A DNA stretch of 60,487 bases from Flavobacteriales bacterium (GTDB lineage: Bacteria > Bacteroidota > Bacteroidia > NS11-12g > UBA955), in the NCBI GenBank assembly GCA_947487175.1, contig CANKVM010000002.1, forward strand, positions 1 to 60,487, given 5' to 3'. The position numbers and the translations under genes are program-made. Position 1 is the first letter of the stretch; every line of letters starts with the position of its first letter. Positions 9,960-20,378 of the stretch are shown one piece after another. Under the pieces are notes generated by a model that did not search any database, was not told the DNA's origin, and worked only from the letters and a program-made list of their open reading frames with translations.

Positions 9960-10789
9960 TTTTAGACTTGGGTATTCTAATCATTGGTGGATGTTTGGGC
10001 GGTTTTCTAGCCGGACTATTAGGAGTTGGAGGCGGAATGATTTTTATCCCTTTCATTCAATACATGCTTTCTGATTTCTCTAATATTCCAGATTCTGAAA
10101 TTGTAAAATTTACTTTGGCAAACTCAATTGGATTGGTTTTTCTGAGCGGAATTTCGGGAATTTCAAGACAAGCAAAATTGAAAATTTACAGTTTCAAGAA
10201 CAGCCTATACATTGGTATTCCTGGTGCAATTGCTGCATCAACAATGAACTGGGCAATACAAAATGGAAATTGGTATGTAAAATCAGATTTTCAAAAAGTT
10301 TTTCTTTTGTTTCTTTTACTATCCATATTAAATATGATTTTTGGCAAACAAAGTACTGAACTAGAACAAAATGATATTGGCAAGAAAATATTACCTAAAA
10401 TTGTTTTAGGACTATTGGCGGGCACTGTAGTTGCTTTGAGTGGATTGGGTGGTGGAATTATTATGGTTCCTCTAATTCGATATTTGCTTAAAAAACCAAT
10501 TCATGAGGCTACTTCACTCAGCTTGAGCATTGTTCCACTTTTGTCATTCGTTCCTATCATTCAAAATATGATGGCTAAAAATGTCCCTCAATTGATTCAA
10601 AATGGTTATAATTTTCCGCAATCAGGATATATAATTTGGCCATATTTTATCCCACTTGCCATAGGCGTCATATTTTTTTCATCTTTTGGTCAGAAAACAG
10701 CACAAAAAGTGCCCGTCTTATGGCTAAGAGTTATATTTGCTGTTCTTTCAACCATAATTTTAATTAAAACACTCTATGAAATTTTCTAA
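9956..10789 (+). CDS. TauE/SafE (DUF81) family membrane transporter
   Basis: 277 aa, polytopic. Duplicated G-rich TM motifs (GLLGVGGGMIFIP and LSGLGGGIIMVPL). ATGA overlap with the upstream stop. Confidence 0.85.
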   Translation: MILDLGILIIGGCLGGFLAGLLGVGGGMIFIPFIQYMLSDFSNIPDSEIVKFTLANSIGLVFLSGISGISRQAKLKIYSFKNSLYIGIPGAIAASTMNWAIQNGNWYVKSDFQKVFLLFLLLSILNMIFGKQSTELEQNDIGKKILPKIVLGLLAGTVVALSGLGGGIIMVPLIRYLLKKPIHEATSLSLSIVPLLSFVPIIQNMMAKNVPQLIQNGYNFPQSGYIIWPYFIPLAIGVIFFSSFGQKTAQKVPVLWLRVIFAVLSTIILIKTLYEIF

Positions 10790-12470
10790 ACTATTAAAAA
10801 TCATCACATTTACATTTATTATGGGAAGTGTATTTTCGGTTTATGCCCAAAGCATAGAAATGGAAACAGAAAAAGCCAGACTAAAAGCAGATATATCGTT
10901 TCTGGCTTCTGATCAGTTGGGTGGCCGTCAAACAGGTTCTTCAGGAGAATTATCCAGCGCAACGTATATTAGAAATGAGTTCAAAAAGAACAAATTGACA
11001 TTGCTTGGCAAAGACGGTTTTCAAGAATTTAGTATTATTCAACTTCGCATAGCGACTGAAAAATGTCGATTTGCTATGAATTCTGCAAATGGATTTATCA
11101 ATGACTTTAAATTATTTGAAGATTATTACCCATTGTCATTATCATCAAACAACGACAGTATTGCTGCAGAAACCATAGATGTTGGATACGGTTTGGTGAG
11201 CGAAAAAGAAAAAAGAGATGATTATATTGGATTGGATGTTGCAGGAAAAGTGGCTATAATTCGTCTAGGGTTTTTAGGTTCAGATGAAAAACCAAATTCT
11301 CCCTTGGCTGAAGTTGCGGACATTACAACCAAAGTAAAAGAAGCTGAAAAACGAGGTGTAGTGGGTATTATTTTTATCAGGGCAAAAATGACCGACGAAG
11401 ATCCTAGCGGTCAATTAAGTCGCACAATTGTTCCAACAAAATTGCCTATTTTTTATTTTAAACCAAGAAATCACTTTCCAAAATTCAATGTTATAATGAA
11501 GAGTTTTTTATGGTCGCCAACCGCAGTTGGTCATAATGTGATGGCATTCAAAAACAACCATCGCAAAAAAACAGTTGTAGTTTGTGCCCACCATGATCAT
11601 ATTGGTAACAATGAATACGACAATAGCAAAATAAAAGGCATTTCTGGTATTCATAATGGCGCAGATGACAATGCTAGCGGTGTGGCTACTTTGCTTGAGC
11701 TTTCTAGAAAATTAAAAGGCTGGAAATACCGCAAAAACAACTATTTATTTTTGGCCTTTAGCGGAGAAGAATTGGGTTTAATTGGTTCTAAATTCTTTAT
11801 TCAAAATCCTGAAATTCCTCTGAAAAGCATCAATTACGTGATCAATATTGATATGTTAGGCAGGATTGATTCAACGAAACAAATGCTTACCATTAACGGA
11901 GTTGGAACTTCACCAGATTGGGCAACTACACTACAAAAAATAAAAACTGATACAACGCAGTTAAAAATTGCAACCACTGAAAGCGGCATGGGTCCAAGCG
12001 ATCATGCGAGTTTTTATTTGGAGGGAATTCCTGTATTGCATTTCTTTAGCGGACAACACAAAGATTACCATACTCCAGATGACGATGAGTACAAAATCAA
12101 TTATCAAGGAATGTACAACAGCATTGAGGTGATTAAACAAGTTGTGAAATTGAACAACAAATGTAAAAAACTAAAATTCACGAAAACCAAAGATGCCACA
12201 CCCGGCAGAACAAAGTTTAAAATTACTATGGGCGTAATGCCCGACTATTCTTTTTCAGGTAAAGGAATGAAAATTGACGGCGTTTCCGAAAACAAACCTG
12301 CAATTAAGGCCGGATTAATGAGAAATGACATCATTGTAAAACTCGGCGAAAATTCTGTTACAGGAGTTGAAGATTACATGGTTGCATTGGGTAAATTTAA
12401 TGCCGGCGATAAAACAATGGTAACCATAATCAGAGGATCTGAAACATTAATTAAAGAAATTCAATTTTAA
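10776..12470 (+). CDS. M28 family metallopeptidase with C-terminal PDZ domain
   Basis: Signal peptide. M28 motifs HHDHIG, GADDNASGVATLLEL, FSGEELGLIGS, SDHASFY, DYHTPDD. C-terminal PDZ-like region GMKIDGVSENKPAIKAGL.. Confidence 0.85.
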   Translation: MKFSKLLKIITFTFIMGSVFSVYAQSIEMETEKARLKADISFLASDQLGGRQTGSSGELSSATYIRNEFKKNKLTLLGKDGFQEFSIIQLRIATEKCRFAMNSANGFINDFKLFEDYYPLSLSSNNDSIAAETIDVGYGLVSEKEKRDDYIGLDVAGKVAIIRLGFLGSDEKPNSPLAEVADITTKVKEAEKRGVVGIIFIRAKMTDEDPSGQLSRTIVPTKLPIFYFKPRNHFPKFNVIMKSFLWSPTAVGHNVMAFKNNHRKKTVVVCAHHDHIGNNEYDNSKIKGISGIHNGADDNASGVATLLELSRKLKGWKYRKNNYLFLAFSGEELGLIGSKFFIQNPEIPLKSINYVINIDMLGRIDSTKQMLTINGVGTSPDWATTLQKIKTDTTQLKIATTESGMGPSDHASFYLEGIPVLHFFSGQHKDYHTPDDDEYKINYQGMYNSIEVIKQVVKLNNKCKKLKFTKTKDATPGRTKFKITMGVMPDYSFSGKGMKIDGVSENKPAIKAGLMRNDIIVKLGENSVTGVEDYMVALGKFNAGDKTMVTIIRGSETLIKEIQF

Positions 12471-13423
12471 TGAAAATCATAGAACACATAGAAAATAGAA
12501 AATCAACCCTGTTTTCATTTGAAATATTGCCGCCTTTGAAAGGGTTAGGCATACAAAGTATTTATAATGCAATTGACCCATTACTTGAGTTCAACCCCTC
12601 TTTTATTGACGTAACTTACCACAGAGAGGATTTCGTCCTTAAAAAGCGCACAGATGGCTCATATGATCGAATTTCTACACGAAAACGACCAGGCACCGTT
12701 GCAATTTGCGCAGCAATTCAAAATCATTACAAAATTGACGCAGTACCTCACTTAATTTGTGGCGGGTTTACCAAAGACGATACAGAAACAGCCTTAATTG
12801 AATTAAATTTCTTGGGAATTGACAATGTTTTAGCCCTGCGAGGCGATGCAAAAAAAGGAGATATGTATTTTGAGCCTGAAGTTGATGGTAATAAAAATGC
12901 TTTGGATTTGATTCATCAAATCAAAAACATGAATTCCGGAATTTATTTAGATGAGGAACTCACCATTGTGCATGAATCTAGTTTCTGCATTGGGGCTGCA
13001 TGCTACCCAGAAAAACATGGAGATGCACCAAATATCCAAACTGATATGAAGTACTTAAAGCGAAAAGTAGAAGCAGGTGCAGATTTTTTGGTAACCCAAA
13101 TGTTCTTTGACAACAAAGATTATTTTCAATTTGTTGAGCGTTGCCGCGAAAACGGTATCAATGTTCCTATTATCCCAGGATTGAAACCATTGGCTTCGAA
13201 AAAACAACTTATTGCTTTGCCGAAAATATTCAATATTGATTTACCTGAAGCGTTAACAAATGAAGTTGAAAAATGCAAAACGGATAAAGAAGTTGTTGAA
13301 ATCGGAAATCAATGGGCAATAGAACAATGCAAAGAGCTCATGAGAGCAGATGTTCCAGTTCTTCATTTTTATACAATGGGAAAAAGCGCACAAACTGAGG
13401 CTATTTGCCAAGCCATTTTTTAA
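12470..13423 (+). CDS. metF: 5,10-methylenetetrahydrofolate reductase
   Basis: 317 aa. FSFEILPPLKG N-terminus, LALRGD, FLVTQMFFD are typical MetF motifs. TAATG overlap with the upstream stop. Confidence 0.9.
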   Translation: MKIIEHIENRKSTLFSFEILPPLKGLGIQSIYNAIDPLLEFNPSFIDVTYHREDFVLKKRTDGSYDRISTRKRPGTVAICAAIQNHYKIDAVPHLICGGFTKDDTETALIELNFLGIDNVLALRGDAKKGDMYFEPEVDGNKNALDLIHQIKNMNSGIYLDEELTIVHESSFCIGAACYPEKHGDAPNIQTDMKYLKRKVEAGADFLVTQMFFDNKDYFQFVERCRENGINVPIIPGLKPLASKKQLIALPKIFNIDLPEALTNEVEKCKTDKEVVEIGNQWAIEQCKELMRADVPVLHFYTMGKSAQTEAICQAIF

Positions 13424-13426
13424 AAA

Positions 13427-14353
13427 ATGTTAGATGCTACCGTAATTAAATCGACCGGAAGTTGGTATATTGTTAGAACCAACGATGGAAGAATAATTCG
13501 GGCTCGCACTAGAGGAAAAATGCGTTTGCAAATTGTTGACACCAGCAATCCAGTTGCAGTTGGCGATCTTGTAAATATTGAATTAGATGCTAATTATGAA
13601 AATACGGGCTCAATTACAGCAGTCAAGCCCCGCAACAACTGGATTATTCGCAAAGCAAATAAACTGAGTTCTAAAAGGCAAATCCTTGCCACCAATTTAG
13701 ATGCAGCCATCTTGGTTGCGAGTCTTTTTGCTCCCCGTACATCTTTGGGATTTATTGATCGATTCATTTTATGTTGTCAATCGATGCATGTTCCAGCTGT
13801 TTTATTTTTGAACAAAACAGATTTATTGAAAGATGAAATCACCAAAGTAACCGAAGAACTAAACCGAGTTTACAAAGATGCTGAAGTAACAATTTTGGTG
13901 GGTTCAGCAAGGAAAAACCAAGGTTTAGAACCTTTATTAAATTTTATTTCTGGAAAAAGAATTTTATTGGCGGGACATTCTGGGGTAGGAAAATCTACCA
14001 TACTAAATACCCTGTTTCCGGGTGTAAGAGCCAAAGTTGGAAGTATTTCTGAATCGCACGAAAAAGGGAAGCATACCACCACTTTCGCTGAAATGTTTAT
14101 ACTTGATAAAAACACTCAAATTATTGATACCCCAGGTATTCGCGACTTTGGCGTAGTTGATATTCCCGATGGAGAAATTGCACATTATTTTCCTGAATTT
14201 AGAGCGGTTATGAGTCAATGCAGATTCAACAATTGCAGACATGAACATGAACCAGATTGCGGTGTTTTAAAAGCAGTTGCAGAGGGAATCGTTCCGCAAG
14301 AACGGTATTATAGTTATTTGAGTATCTTGCACAACGAAGACATGTATAAATAA
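13427..14353 (+). CDS. rsgA: Ribosome small subunit-dependent GTPase A
   Basis: 308 aa. Circularly permuted GTPase motifs NKTDL, GHSGVGKSTILN, DTPG. C-terminal zinc knuckle CRFNNCRHEHEPDCGV. Confidence 0.9.
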   Translation: MLDATVIKSTGSWYIVRTNDGRIIRARTRGKMRLQIVDTSNPVAVGDLVNIELDANYENTGSITAVKPRNNWIIRKANKLSSKRQILATNLDAAILVASLFAPRTSLGFIDRFILCCQSMHVPAVLFLNKTDLLKDEITKVTEELNRVYKDAEVTILVGSARKNQGLEPLLNFISGKRILLAGHSGVGKSTILNTLFPGVRAKVGSISESHEKGKHTTTFAEMFILDKNTQIIDTPGIRDFGVVDIPDGEIAHYFPEFRAVMSQCRFNNCRHEHEPDCGVLKAVAEGIVPQERYYSYLSILHNEDMYK

Positions 14354-14372
14354 CGATATTTGTAAATATTTG

Positions 14373-15773
14373 ATGAAATTATCCCTCAAAAATATCATTT
14401 TTATTTATCTGGCAATCGCTGCTTTGTTCACGCAATCATGCATCAAGAGTGACCAATATGCGTCAAATTCTAAATTGTTGTTTTCGAAAGATACTGTTTA
14501 TTTTGATACCATATTTACCAGAATGCCGGGTACTACATACCCCATTTCTGTTACCAAAATGCTCAGCATTAAAAATAATGAAAATGCTTGGGTTAAAGCC
14601 AATTTCAAAGTTGCTGGAGGGTTAAGTTCACCGTACAAAATCAATATTGATGGTATTGGCGGGAAAGAAATTAAAGATTTGGATATTGGCCCAAATGACA
14701 GTGTGTTCATTTTTGTGCAATGTGCCTTGGAAGCCAACAACACAACAAATCCTGCGTTGGTATTAGACAGCTTAATTGCCAATGTAGGACAATCAACGAG
14801 TAAACTTATTTTGGCGGCATATGGTTGGGATGCGCATTACGTAAAAAATGAAATACTGCCCAACAACACCGTTTGGAATGATGTAAAAAAACCTTACGTT
14901 ATTGTTGAGTCCATTGAGATTGCAACAGGAAATACTTTTATCATAGAAAAGGGCGTTCAAGTTTTTGCTTCTGCAAGGACTGGAATTTTTGTATTAGGCA
15001 ATTTCAATATTCGTGGAACTGCGCAAGAAAGAGTAAAAATTCGTGGAGATAAACCTGTTTATGCTACCGAAAAACTTCCCAATCAATGGGGAGGCATTTT
15101 TTTCTTACCTGGTGGGAAGGGTAAAATTGAATATGCCGACATCTCAAATGCAACCATTGGAATTCGGGTAGATTCATTGTTGAACACCCCTTCATTGATT
15201 ATTAACCAAAGCAAAATCCAATACTGCGGACAAGCAAGTTTAATTGGTGTAACTACGAGCATCAATGCCACTAACTGCTTATTTGCCGATGTTGGAAGTT
15301 ACTCATTCCTCGCCTATTTGGGAGGAAAATACGAATTTAATCATTGCACATTTGCTGAATATTCAGGCATCAATACAAGACAGCAAGGACATTTGGCAAT
15401 TACAAATACCCAAAGAGATGGAAACGGGGTTTTATTGAATTGGAAGGATCTAGATTTTACACTTACCAATTCAATTGTGGAAGGACCCATGATTGATGAA
15501 ATATTCATTGATAACGTTTCAAAAGCTGTTTTCAATGTAAATTCAAATTACAACCTATTAAAAACCAAAGACCCAAAGAAATTATTCAATACACCATTTA
15601 ACTATTTCAACAAGAAAAATACTGGATTTATAGATGTTTCAATTGGTAATTACGGCATTGATTCAACTTCATTTGGAATTAGTAAAGCTGGCTTGAGTAA
15701 TCCCATTAACGTTATTGACATAAATGGTAAATCAAGGAAAAATCCTAGTGATATTGGGGCTTACGAAAAGTAA
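14373..15773 (+). CDS. Hypothetical lipoprotein, probably right-handed beta-helix type (C-terminal DIGAYE motif)
   Basis: Lipobox-like LFTQSC after the signal peptide. Repetitive N/G/I-rich segments. Ends ..GKSRKNPSDIGAYEK, a motif common at the end of parallel beta-helix proteins. The ORF track starts one codon earlier at TTG 14370. Confidence 0.65.
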   Translation: MKLSLKNIIFIYLAIAALFTQSCIKSDQYASNSKLLFSKDTVYFDTIFTRMPGTTYPISVTKMLSIKNNENAWVKANFKVAGGLSSPYKINIDGIGGKEIKDLDIGPNDSVFIFVQCALEANNTTNPALVLDSLIANVGQSTSKLILAAYGWDAHYVKNEILPNNTVWNDVKKPYVIVESIEIATGNTFIIEKGVQVFASARTGIFVLGNFNIRGTAQERVKIRGDKPVYATEKLPNQWGGIFFLPGGKGKIEYADISNATIGIRVDSLLNTPSLIINQSKIQYCGQASLIGVTTSINATNCLFADVGSYSFLAYLGGKYEFNHCTFAEYSGINTRQQGHLAITNTQRDGNGVLLNWKDLDFTLTNSIVEGPMIDEIFIDNVSKAVFNVNSNYNLLKTKDPKKLFNTPFNYFNKKNTGFIDVSIGNYGIDSTSFGISKAGLSNPINVIDINGKSRKNPSDIGAYEK

Positions 15774-16232
15774 TTAGTTGCGTTTAGCCGCAAAAAATTC
15801 CTTCATTAAATGGGAACATTCATCTTCGAGTACACCACCTACAATTTCAGTTTTTTGATAAATGATTTTATTACTAATGGTTGAGTACCCAAACTTAGGC
15901 TCTTTAGCGCCATAAACAATTCTTCCAAATCTAGCCCACTTACTAGCGCCAGCGCACATCACACAAGGCTCAATGGTAACAAAAAGTGTACACTCATCTA
16001 AAAACTTACTATTCATATATTGAGCAGCACTTGTAATGGCCAACATTTCTGCATGCGCTGTTACATCTAGCAATTTTTCCGTTTGATTATATCCTTTTCC
16101 GATGATTTTATTATCACAAACCACAATGGCACCAATTGGAACTTCATCATCTTCAAAAGCTTGATGCGCCAAATCGAGAGCTTTGCGCATAAAATAGGCA
16201 TCACTGAATATTTCTTCTTGAATATCTTTCAT
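15774..16232 (-). CDS. tadA: tRNA adenosine(34) deaminase
   Basis: 152 aa. CMP/dCMP deaminase zinc motifs HAEMLAI and PCVMCAG. Confidence 0.9.
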   Translation of the reverse strand: MKDIQEEIFSDAYFMRKALDLAHQAFEDDEVPIGAIVVCDNKIIGKGYNQTEKLLDVTAHAEMLAITSAAQYMNSKFLDECTLFVTIEPCVMCAGASKWARFGRIVYGAKEPKFGYSTISNKIIYQKTEIVGGVLEDECSHLMKEFFAAKRN

Positions 16233-16281
16233 TATTTTAATAGCAATTAAGCCTTTTTTTAGTGAACTTTGTTAATAGATT

Positions 16282-17403
16282 ATGAGAATTGGTATTGTGT
16301 TATATCCCACCTTCGGCGGAAGTGGTGTTTTAGCCACAGAATTAGGGAAAGCGCTTTCAAAAATAGGACATGAAGTTCACTTTATCAGTTATCATCAACC
16401 AGCAAGACTAGATTTTTTCATGGAAAATATTTTTTTCCATGAAGTTATTATCCCTCAATACCCTTTATTTGAATATGCACCATACGAAACAGCACTTGCT
16501 GGTAAGATTGTAGATATAGTAAAATCTGCAAAACTTGAAGTTTTACATGTACATTACGCCATTCCTCATGCTTCAGCCGCTTTGTTAGCTAAGCAAATAC
16601 TGAACGAAGAAAATATTCACATTCCAGTAGTTACAACCCTTCATGGAACAGACATTACCCTAGTTGGCCGTGAAGCATCTTACGAACCAGTTGTAAGTTG
16701 GAGCATCAATAATTCAGATGCAGTTACCGCTGTATCTGAAAGCTTGAGAGCAGATACCTTTGAGCATTTTCATATTCGTAGAGAAATTCATGTAATTCCA
16801 AATTTTATTGACTTTACAAGGTTCAACAAACAACCCCGTGAGCACTTTAAAAAAGCAATTGCACCAAATAACGAAAAAATCTTAGTTCATACTTCAAACT
16901 TTAGAAAAGTGAAAAGAATTGAAGATGTTATTCGTGTGTTTGAAATTGTTCAAAATAAAATACCTGCAAAACTCCTATTAATTGGCGATGGCCCTGAACG
17001 TTCACATATAGAAAAAGTTTGCAGAGACTTGAATGTTTGCGACCGCGTAACTTTTCTTGGAAAACAAGAAGCAATTGAAGAAATATTAAGCGTTTGCGAT
17101 TTGTTTATTCTTCCTTCAGAAAGAGAAAGTTTTGGACTATCTGCCTTAGAAGCAATGGCATGCGAAGTGCCTGTTATTTGCAGCAATGCAGGTGGCTTAC
17201 CGGAGGTTATTGAAGATGGGGTAAACGGATATTTATCTAACGTAGGTGACTATGAAAAAATGGCTGCTGATGCTCTCTATATCCTTACTGACGAAGCGCG
17301 TTTTACACAATTCAGAAAAAATTCACTTCTAAAAGCGAAAGAATTTGACTTAAGTAAAATCTTAACGCTTTATGTTGATTTATATCAATCAGTAATCAGT
17401 TAA
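16282..17403 (+). CDS. bshA: N-acetyl-alpha-D-glucosaminyl L-malate synthase (GT4 glycosyltransferase, bacillithiol biosynthesis)
   Basis: 373 aa. N-terminus MRIGIVLYPTFGGSGVLATELGKALSKIGHEVHFISY is characteristic of BshA. GT4 C-terminal motif ESFGLSALEAMACEVPVI. Confidence 0.8.
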   Translation: MRIGIVLYPTFGGSGVLATELGKALSKIGHEVHFISYHQPARLDFFMENIFFHEVIIPQYPLFEYAPYETALAGKIVDIVKSAKLEVLHVHYAIPHASAALLAKQILNEENIHIPVVTTLHGTDITLVGREASYEPVVSWSINNSDAVTAVSESLRADTFEHFHIRREIHVIPNFIDFTRFNKQPREHFKKAIAPNNEKILVHTSNFRKVKRIEDVIRVFEIVQNKIPAKLLLIGDGPERSHIEKVCRDLNVCDRVTFLGKQEAIEEILSVCDLFILPSERESFGLSALEAMACEVPVICSNAGGLPEVIEDGVNGYLSNVGDYEKMAADALYILTDEARFTQFRKNSLLKAKEFDLSKILTLYVDLYQSVIS

Positions 17404-17900
17404 TTTTTATTGAAATTTTCTTTGAGAAATTTCAATGCAATACTTATTTGATTCTCCACAGTTTTAGGAGTAATCTCTAAAATTTCTGCTATTTCTTTAT
17501 AACTCAGTTCGTAAATACGGCTCATTAAAAAGACTTGTTTGCACTTTTTAGGAAGTTGATCAATTAACAAATGAATTCTCTTTTCTGATTCCTTGGCAAC
17601 CATCGAAGTATGTGCATTAACGTTAGCATCAAAAACCGGTGATTCGTCATTGATATCAGTAACGTCTAACTTCGACTTTTTAATGAAATTTAAACATCTA
17701 TTTTTTACCGAAGTAAATAGATAACTTTTGATTCCATTTGGATCCAAGTCATTTGATTCGCGGTTCCAAATGGCAATAAAAACATCATGAACGAGTTCTT
17801 CTGCATCGTTGCTTCTACCAATTATAGAGGTAGCAAATGCCACCAAACCCGGTCGGAATTTTCTAAATAATTGTTCGAATGCAACTAAATCTTTAGCCAA
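17400..17900 (-). CDS. ECF-type RNA polymerase sigma-70 family factor
   Basis: 166 aa. Region 2 ELVHDVFIAIW, region 4 HTH SYKEIAEILEITPKTVENQISIALKFLK. TTG start (an in-frame stop 4 codons upstream excludes a longer ORF). Confidence 0.85.
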   Translation of the reverse strand: MAKDLVAFEQLFRKFRPGLVAFATSIIGRSNDAEELVHDVFIAIWNRESNDLDPNGIKSYLFTSVKNRCLNFIKKSKLDVTDINDESPVFDANVNAHTSMVAKESEKRIHLLIDQLPKKCKQVFLMSRIYELSYKEIAEILEITPKTVENQISIALKFLKENFNKN

Positions 17901-17927
17901 AAGTGATAATTTCTAATGAATTGGCCA

Positions 17928-17935
17928 CAAAAATA
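17928..17935 (-). promoter_or_regulatory. Candidate -7 box TATTTTTG for the ECF sigma gene
   Basis: Exact TAnnTTTG on the minus strand, 27 nt upstream of TTG 17900. Confidence 0.3.
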
Positions 17936-17978
17936 AGAGCAAGATTAACAAATACTAAAAAAAACTTTTCCCGAATTG

Positions 17979-20183
17979 TTAATTAGCCAAATCAGAAACG
18001 AACTGTAAATGCATCAATTTTAATTCTTCAAATGAAAATTCACCTTCAAAATAGGCAACTGCCGCATCAATATCTTCAACATCAGCAGATTTAAAGAATT
18101 GTACAACTTCTTCTTGTAAATCGTCATCTAAAAACTGTTCAAGGAAGAACTTAATATTAATTTTTGTACCACTATTCACAATTTGTTCCATTTCATTTAT
18201 CAATTCATCAAATGAAATTCCCAATTGCTTTGCTATATCTGGCAGTTCTACCTTTTTGTCTATGTTCAAAATAATGCTCACTCTTTTGGCAGACTTTTCA
18301 GAATTACCTTTTAGAACAATATCTATAGGGCGTTCAATGTCATTATCTTGAACATATTTTTCAATATAAGCAATAAATTGTTCGCCAAATTTTTGGGCTT
18401 TATTTTTGCCAACACCACTAATATTCGCCAATTCTTCTAGCGTAATTGGGAATTTTATTGCCATATCTTCCAAACTTGGATCTTGGAAAATAACATAAGG
18501 AGGAAGTTCCTTCTCTTTGGCAACCTTGCGACGTAATTCTTTTAAATCTGAAAACAAAACTTCATCGCAAACACTTTCAAGTTTAAAACTATCAAAGTTT
18601 TCTTCATTTACATTTTCGTATTCATCGTCAACCGACATTTCATGTGGTTTGGGATTTTTGATATATTCAACACCCGCCTCATTGATGCTCAGCAAACCAT
18701 ATTTTTCAATGTTTTTGAATAAATATCCATTTACCAAGGCCAATCTCACCAATGATTTCCAAAACAACTTATCTTTCTCTGTGCCAATTCCAAACAGCGA
18801 ATGTTGCTCGTGGTTGTATGATTTTATTGCGTTGTCATTTTTATTTCCAATAATAAAATTAACAATATGCGTCAATGAAAACTCAGACTTTAGTTCATCA
18901 AAACACTGAAGTGCCGCTTTTACATCGTTCGAAACTTCTTGCTTTGGCTTAGGATGTGCGCAGTTGTCACACATTTTTTCGCAATTTTTTTCATCGAATG
19001 TTTCACCAAAATAATGCAATAACAATTTTCTACGGCATTGAGAACTCTCTGCAAATGCAGCGGTTTCAGCAAGTAACAAACCTCCGATTTCCTGTTCTGC
19101 AACAGGCTTATCTTTCATGAATTTTTCAAGTTTCTCAACATCATTAGGATTGTAATACAATAAACAATCACCAGTCATTCCATCTCTACCCGCACGTCCT
19201 GTTTCTTGATAATAACCTTCCAAACTCTTGGGCACATCGTAATGGATCACAAAACGAACATCTGGTTTATCAATACCCATTCCAAATGCAATCGTAGCAA
19301 CAATTACGTTGCAATCTTCCATCAAAAACGCATCTTGGTGATTTGCTCTCACTTTAGCATCTAAACCGGCATGGTAAGGAAGCGCTTTGATGCCATTCAT
19401 TTTAAGCATTTCTGCTATTTCTTCTACCTTTTTACGCGACAAACAATAAACAATACCAGATTGGTCGTGATGTTGTTTGATAAAAGACAACATTTCTTTA
19501 TGAACAATGTCTTTTCTGCCTTTAGGCTTTACTTGATAGTATAAATTTCCGCGGTTAAATGAACTCTTAAATAACTTTGCATCTAACATTCCAAGATTTT
19601 TTTGAATGTCGTATTGTACTTTGGGAGTAGCAGTAGCTGTTAACGCCAAAATTGGAACTTCTCCAATTGCCTTCACCATTTGGCGAATTTTGCGATATTC
19701 AGGTCTAAAATCGTGACCCCATTCTGAAATACAATGTGCTTCATCAACGGCAACAAATGAAATTTTAACTTTGCTTAAAAGGTCTAATGTATCTTCTTTT
19801 CTTAATGTTTCAGGAGCCACATACAATAATTTCGTATCTCCAGCCAACATGTCTGTAACTACCTTATTTAAATCGGATTTGCTAAGCGAACTATTTAAAA
19901 AATGCGCCAATCCATTACTATCAGAAAAACCACGAATATTATCTACCTGATTTTTCATTAATGCAATAAGAGGAGAAATTACAATAGCAGTACCTTCCAT
20001 CATTAAAGCGGGCAACTGATAACAAAGAGATTTCCCTGCCCCTGTTGGCATAATTACGAAACAATCTTCGCCATTTAAAATACTATCAATTACTACTTCC
20101 TGATTACCCTTAAATCCATCAAATCCAAAGAATTCCTTCAAACATCTTTTGGGGTCCTTTGCGTCTTGAAATGCTGCCTGCAT
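17979..20183 (-). CDS. recQ: ATP-dependent DNA helicase RecQ
   Basis: 734 aa. FGFDGFKGNQEVVI, PTGAGKSLCYQLPA, DEAHCISEWGHDFRPEY, zinc-binding Cys cluster, RQC and C-terminal HRDC region. Confidence 0.95.
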   Translation of the reverse strand: MQAAFQDAKDPKRCLKEFFGFDGFKGNQEVVIDSILNGEDCFVIMPTGAGKSLCYQLPALMMEGTAIVISPLIALMKNQVDNIRGFSDSNGLAHFLNSSLSKSDLNKVVTDMLAGDTKLLYVAPETLRKEDTLDLLSKVKISFVAVDEAHCISEWGHDFRPEYRKIRQMVKAIGEVPILALTATATPKVQYDIQKNLGMLDAKLFKSSFNRGNLYYQVKPKGRKDIVHKEMLSFIKQHHDQSGIVYCLSRKKVEEIAEMLKMNGIKALPYHAGLDAKVRANHQDAFLMEDCNVIVATIAFGMGIDKPDVRFVIHYDVPKSLEGYYQETGRAGRDGMTGDCLLYYNPNDVEKLEKFMKDKPVAEQEIGGLLLAETAAFAESSQCRRKLLLHYFGETFDEKNCEKMCDNCAHPKPKQEVSNDVKAALQCFDELKSEFSLTHIVNFIIGNKNDNAIKSYNHEQHSLFGIGTEKDKLFWKSLVRLALVNGYLFKNIEKYGLLSINEAGVEYIKNPKPHEMSVDDEYENVNEENFDSFKLESVCDEVLFSDLKELRRKVAKEKELPPYVIFQDPSLEDMAIKFPITLEELANISGVGKNKAQKFGEQFIAYIEKYVQDNDIERPIDIVLKGNSEKSAKRVSIILNIDKKVELPDIAKQLGISFDELINEMEQIVNSGTKINIKFFLEQFLDDDLQEEVVQFFKSADVEDIDAAVAYFEGEFSFEELKLMHLQFVSDLAN

Positions 20184-20257
20184 ATTACTCTGTAAATTCT
20201 ATATTATTATGTTAAAATTATTTGTTATTTTATACTAGTTGTAGCCATAACAATAAC

Positions 20258-20265
20258 TAAATTTG
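20258..20265 (+). promoter_or_regulatory. Candidate -7 box TAAATTTG upstream of kpsF
   Basis: Exact TAnnTTTG, but 113 nt upstream of the TTG start, and the nearest upstream TTG gives short spacing. Weak. Confidence 0.2.
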
Positions 20266-20378
20266 AGATGTGAAGATACAACGTTTTTTTGAATTGGTAA
20301 TATTTATTTAATCAAAATAGGCCAATCCAACCTTTAAAGTCACATTTTTTTAGTTAATTTGAAACAAACATTTTCACA

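Noticed and set aside
18517-18909. 130-aa ORF antisense to recQ, plus similar antisense ORFs at 20651-21013, 22851-23213, 43773-44117, 55845-56192 and 57412-57729
   Set aside because: Each is embedded in a confidently identified conserved gene on the opposite strand and has no recognisable domain or signal. I treat them as frame shadows.
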